Shown here in pieces: positions 14,863-16,495 of a stretch of 16,495 nt of DNA (its first letter is position 1; the number at the start of each line of letters is the position of its first letter). A program made the position numbers and the translations under genes. The stretch comes from Microcystaceae cyanobacterium (GTDB taxonomy: Bacteria > Cyanobacteriota > Cyanobacteriia > Cyanobacteriales > Microcystaceae), in the NCBI GenBank assembly GCA_041746575.1, contig JBGTGT010000009.1:1-16495 (forward strand). The letters are read 5' to 3'. The notes beneath the pieces were generated by a model. The model was given only the letters and a program-made list of their open reading frames with translations. It was not told the DNA's origin and did no database searches.

Positions 14863-15624
14863 TTATAATTTCTCCATTGCTGTTGCTAAGGCTTCTAAAA
14901 CGGAAACCGCCGGATGTTTAGCGGAATAAACGGCTAAGGGGGCGCGTTCTTCGGTGGCATCGACAAAAGCGGTTGAACGGGCAACAGGGGCAAAGACTTG
15001 TCCAAAGACTTCGAGTTGGGACTGAATGGCGGCTAAGGTTCGGACATCGGCTGAGTTACGACTATCAAAACGGGTGGGAACAAATCCAGCAATTTCCAGT
15101 TGGCGATTGATTTTATTTTGCACTCTGACAACGGTTTGAAGCAGTTCGTTCGTCCCTTCAAAGGCTTTGAGGTGAGTTTCAATGGGGACAAGAACATGAG
15201 TCGCAGCAACCAGAGAGATGTAGGATAATAAGCCTAAACTGGGGGGACAATCAATCAAAATATAGTCGTATTGGTCTTCTATTCCTTCAATGGCTTCTTT
15301 GAGTCGTAATTCTCTTAAGTCGGCGTTGACTAACTGCATTTCTGCCCCACTTAATATACGGTTAGCAGGAACGATATCCATGCCATGAATATTAGCGTGA
15401 ATGGGGAGGGGTTGTTCGTCGATAATGGCATCAGCAATGGTTTTATCAAGTTGATTGGGCATTAACCCCATAAATTTCGATAAAGAGGCTTGAGGGTCCA
15501 TGTCAATTAGCAAGACACGGTGTTGTTTAAAGGCTAGGTGATAGCCGATATTTTGGGTGAGGGTTGATTTGGCAACGCCTCCGGCTTGGTTAAATAGGGC
15601 AATAATTCGTATGGATTTTGACAT
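14863..15624 (-). CDS. parA: ParA/Soj-family partition ATPase
   Basis: FNQAGGVAKST (deviant Walker A), VLLIDMDPQAS, YDYILIDCPPSLG; in an operon with parB. Confidence 0.96.
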   Translation of the reverse strand: MSKSIRIIALFNQAGGVAKSTLTQNIGYHLAFKQHRVLLIDMDPQASLSKFMGLMPNQLDKTIADAIIDEQPLPIHANIHGMDIVPANRILSGAEMQLVNADLRELRLKEAIEGIEDQYDYILIDCPPSLGLLSYISLVAATHVLVPIETHLKAFEGTNELLQTVVRVQNKINRQLEIAGFVPTRFDSRNSADVRTLAAIQSQLEVFGQVFAPVARSTAFVDATEERAPLAVYSAKHPAVSVLEALATAMEKL

Positions 15625-15871
15625 TCATTGACGGGGGAACTCGTTGGTTATCAGATGACGATTTCTTAAAGACTGACCTTGGCGGTTTCTGGGTTTTAGT
15701 ATAACTATAACGAACGGATTCTTTTTCAGGAAGTTTCAAAACCTCATGATGAAGTCTTTACGCTTTGTAAGCGATCGCTATCTTACTCAATTTGCATCTC
15801 ACAGCCAACTTAATCTAACGAATAATACCATGTTTTTTAAAAATAATATGAGGCAAAACGACAGGCAAACT

Positions 15872-16261
15872 TTATGAACAGCGTAAATCTAGATCATCAA
15901 CGTTTGGATTGCCATAGGGAGGCTGGTCATCTGGCACAAGCCAGTACACAATATAAATGTTTTGATTTGAAAAACTTGTAGATTTAATAGGCCATTGGGA
16001 CAAATCATCTAGTCCGTAAGGAATCTGTTGACTGAATTTTCCATTTATAGCGAAGTCCACAGATACAGGTTTTTCCTCATAAAAAGAACTGATTTCTGAT
16101 TGACTGCCAGAATATTGTCTAATTTCTCCCAAAAAGTAGAAACAATTCCCACCGTTACCGGGTGGATTTCTGACATAGCCAAGCAAGCTTATTAATAGTA
16201 GGATAACTGAAACGGGAATACCGAGGAAAGTTAAGAATAAATAGGTTGCTATCTTTTTCAT
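15872..16261 (-). CDS. Hypothetical protein with an N-terminal membrane anchor
   Basis: MKKIATYLFLTFLGIPVSVILLLISLLGYVR followed by a soluble domain with two Cys; ATG at 16261 preferred over TTG at 16270. Confidence 0.6.
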   Translation of the reverse strand: MKKIATYLFLTFLGIPVSVILLLISLLGYVRNPPGNGGNCFYFLGEIRQYSGSQSEISSFYEEKPVSVDFAINGKFSQQIPYGLDDLSQWPIKSTSFSNQNIYIVYWLVPDDQPPYGNPNVDDLDLRCS

Positions 16262-16355
16262 GTTTTTCAAGACTGGCGTTTAAACTGAGCAGAAGAGTAC
16301 GCCTTTTGGATTAGCCCATATATAAATGTTCATAAATATGAGATTGCCTAACTCT

Positions 16356-16495
16356 GGTTCTGTTGCAAAAAATTTTAAGGGTACAAGTATCCTATATCAA
16401 TCTAACTTTTTAAGCAGCCATTTCAAAGAGAGACTCAACAAATTCTTTTTGAGACACACTGCCCCTATTATTGACACCTTCTACCTGACCTTTAT
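16356..16495 (-). mobile_element. IS6-family element, right end (IRR and transposase end), runs off the right edge
   Basis: GGTTCTGTTGCAAAAA at 16356-16371 is the inverse of 122-137. Confidence 0.9.
16410..16495 (-). CDS. IS6-family transposase, C-terminus only (partial)
   Basis: KGQVEGVNNRGSVSQKEFVESLFEMAA*, resembling the IS6 end (RKGQ...FIxxLFGxAA). Not in the ORF track. Confidence 0.8.
   Translation of the reverse strand, partial: KGQVEGVNNRGSVSQKEFVESLFEMAA

Noticed and set aside
15872..16355. Membrane-anchored protein as an immunity protein of a toxin gene truncated by IS6
   Set aside because: Only a 14-codon open stretch upstream and no recognisable domain; unsupported.
1..16495. 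CRISPR array, tRNA/rRNA, replication initiator, iterons or exosortase
   Set aside because: None found on reading; the two 22-bp palindrome copies are 583 bp apart and are not a repeat-spacer array.

Overview
Cyanobacterial accessory DNA, probably plasmid-derived (four HIP1 GCGATCGC octamers, tandem parA-parB, cyanobacterial gene families). Both window edges lie inside IS6-family elements in the same orientation (IRL plus transposase start at 1-137; IRR plus transposase end at 16356-16495), so 138-16355 looks like the cargo of an IS26-style pseudo-compound transposon, or a contig broken at IS6 copies. Cargo, left to right: a gene remnant; a psb34/ssl1498-family small gene missed by the ORF track, with a perfect HLR1 (RpaB) box and a terminator; two small minus-strand genes (one a frameshifted DUF4278-like gene); an IS1 interrupted by an ISAs1; three tandem secreted amidase-signature enzymes that each end in a PEP-CTERM sorting signal; a stack of dead elements (ISL3, IS200/IS605 right end, mazF pseudogene); the myxoxanthophyll genes cruF-cruG; a GTAG REP-like element; an IS701 remnant; and a parABS module. 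In that module the candidate parS palindrome occurs downstream of parB and again inside the parB coding sequence, and ParA lacks the Walker A signature lysine. No replication initiator and no exosortase are visible. All family calls come from manual motif recognition, not database searches.
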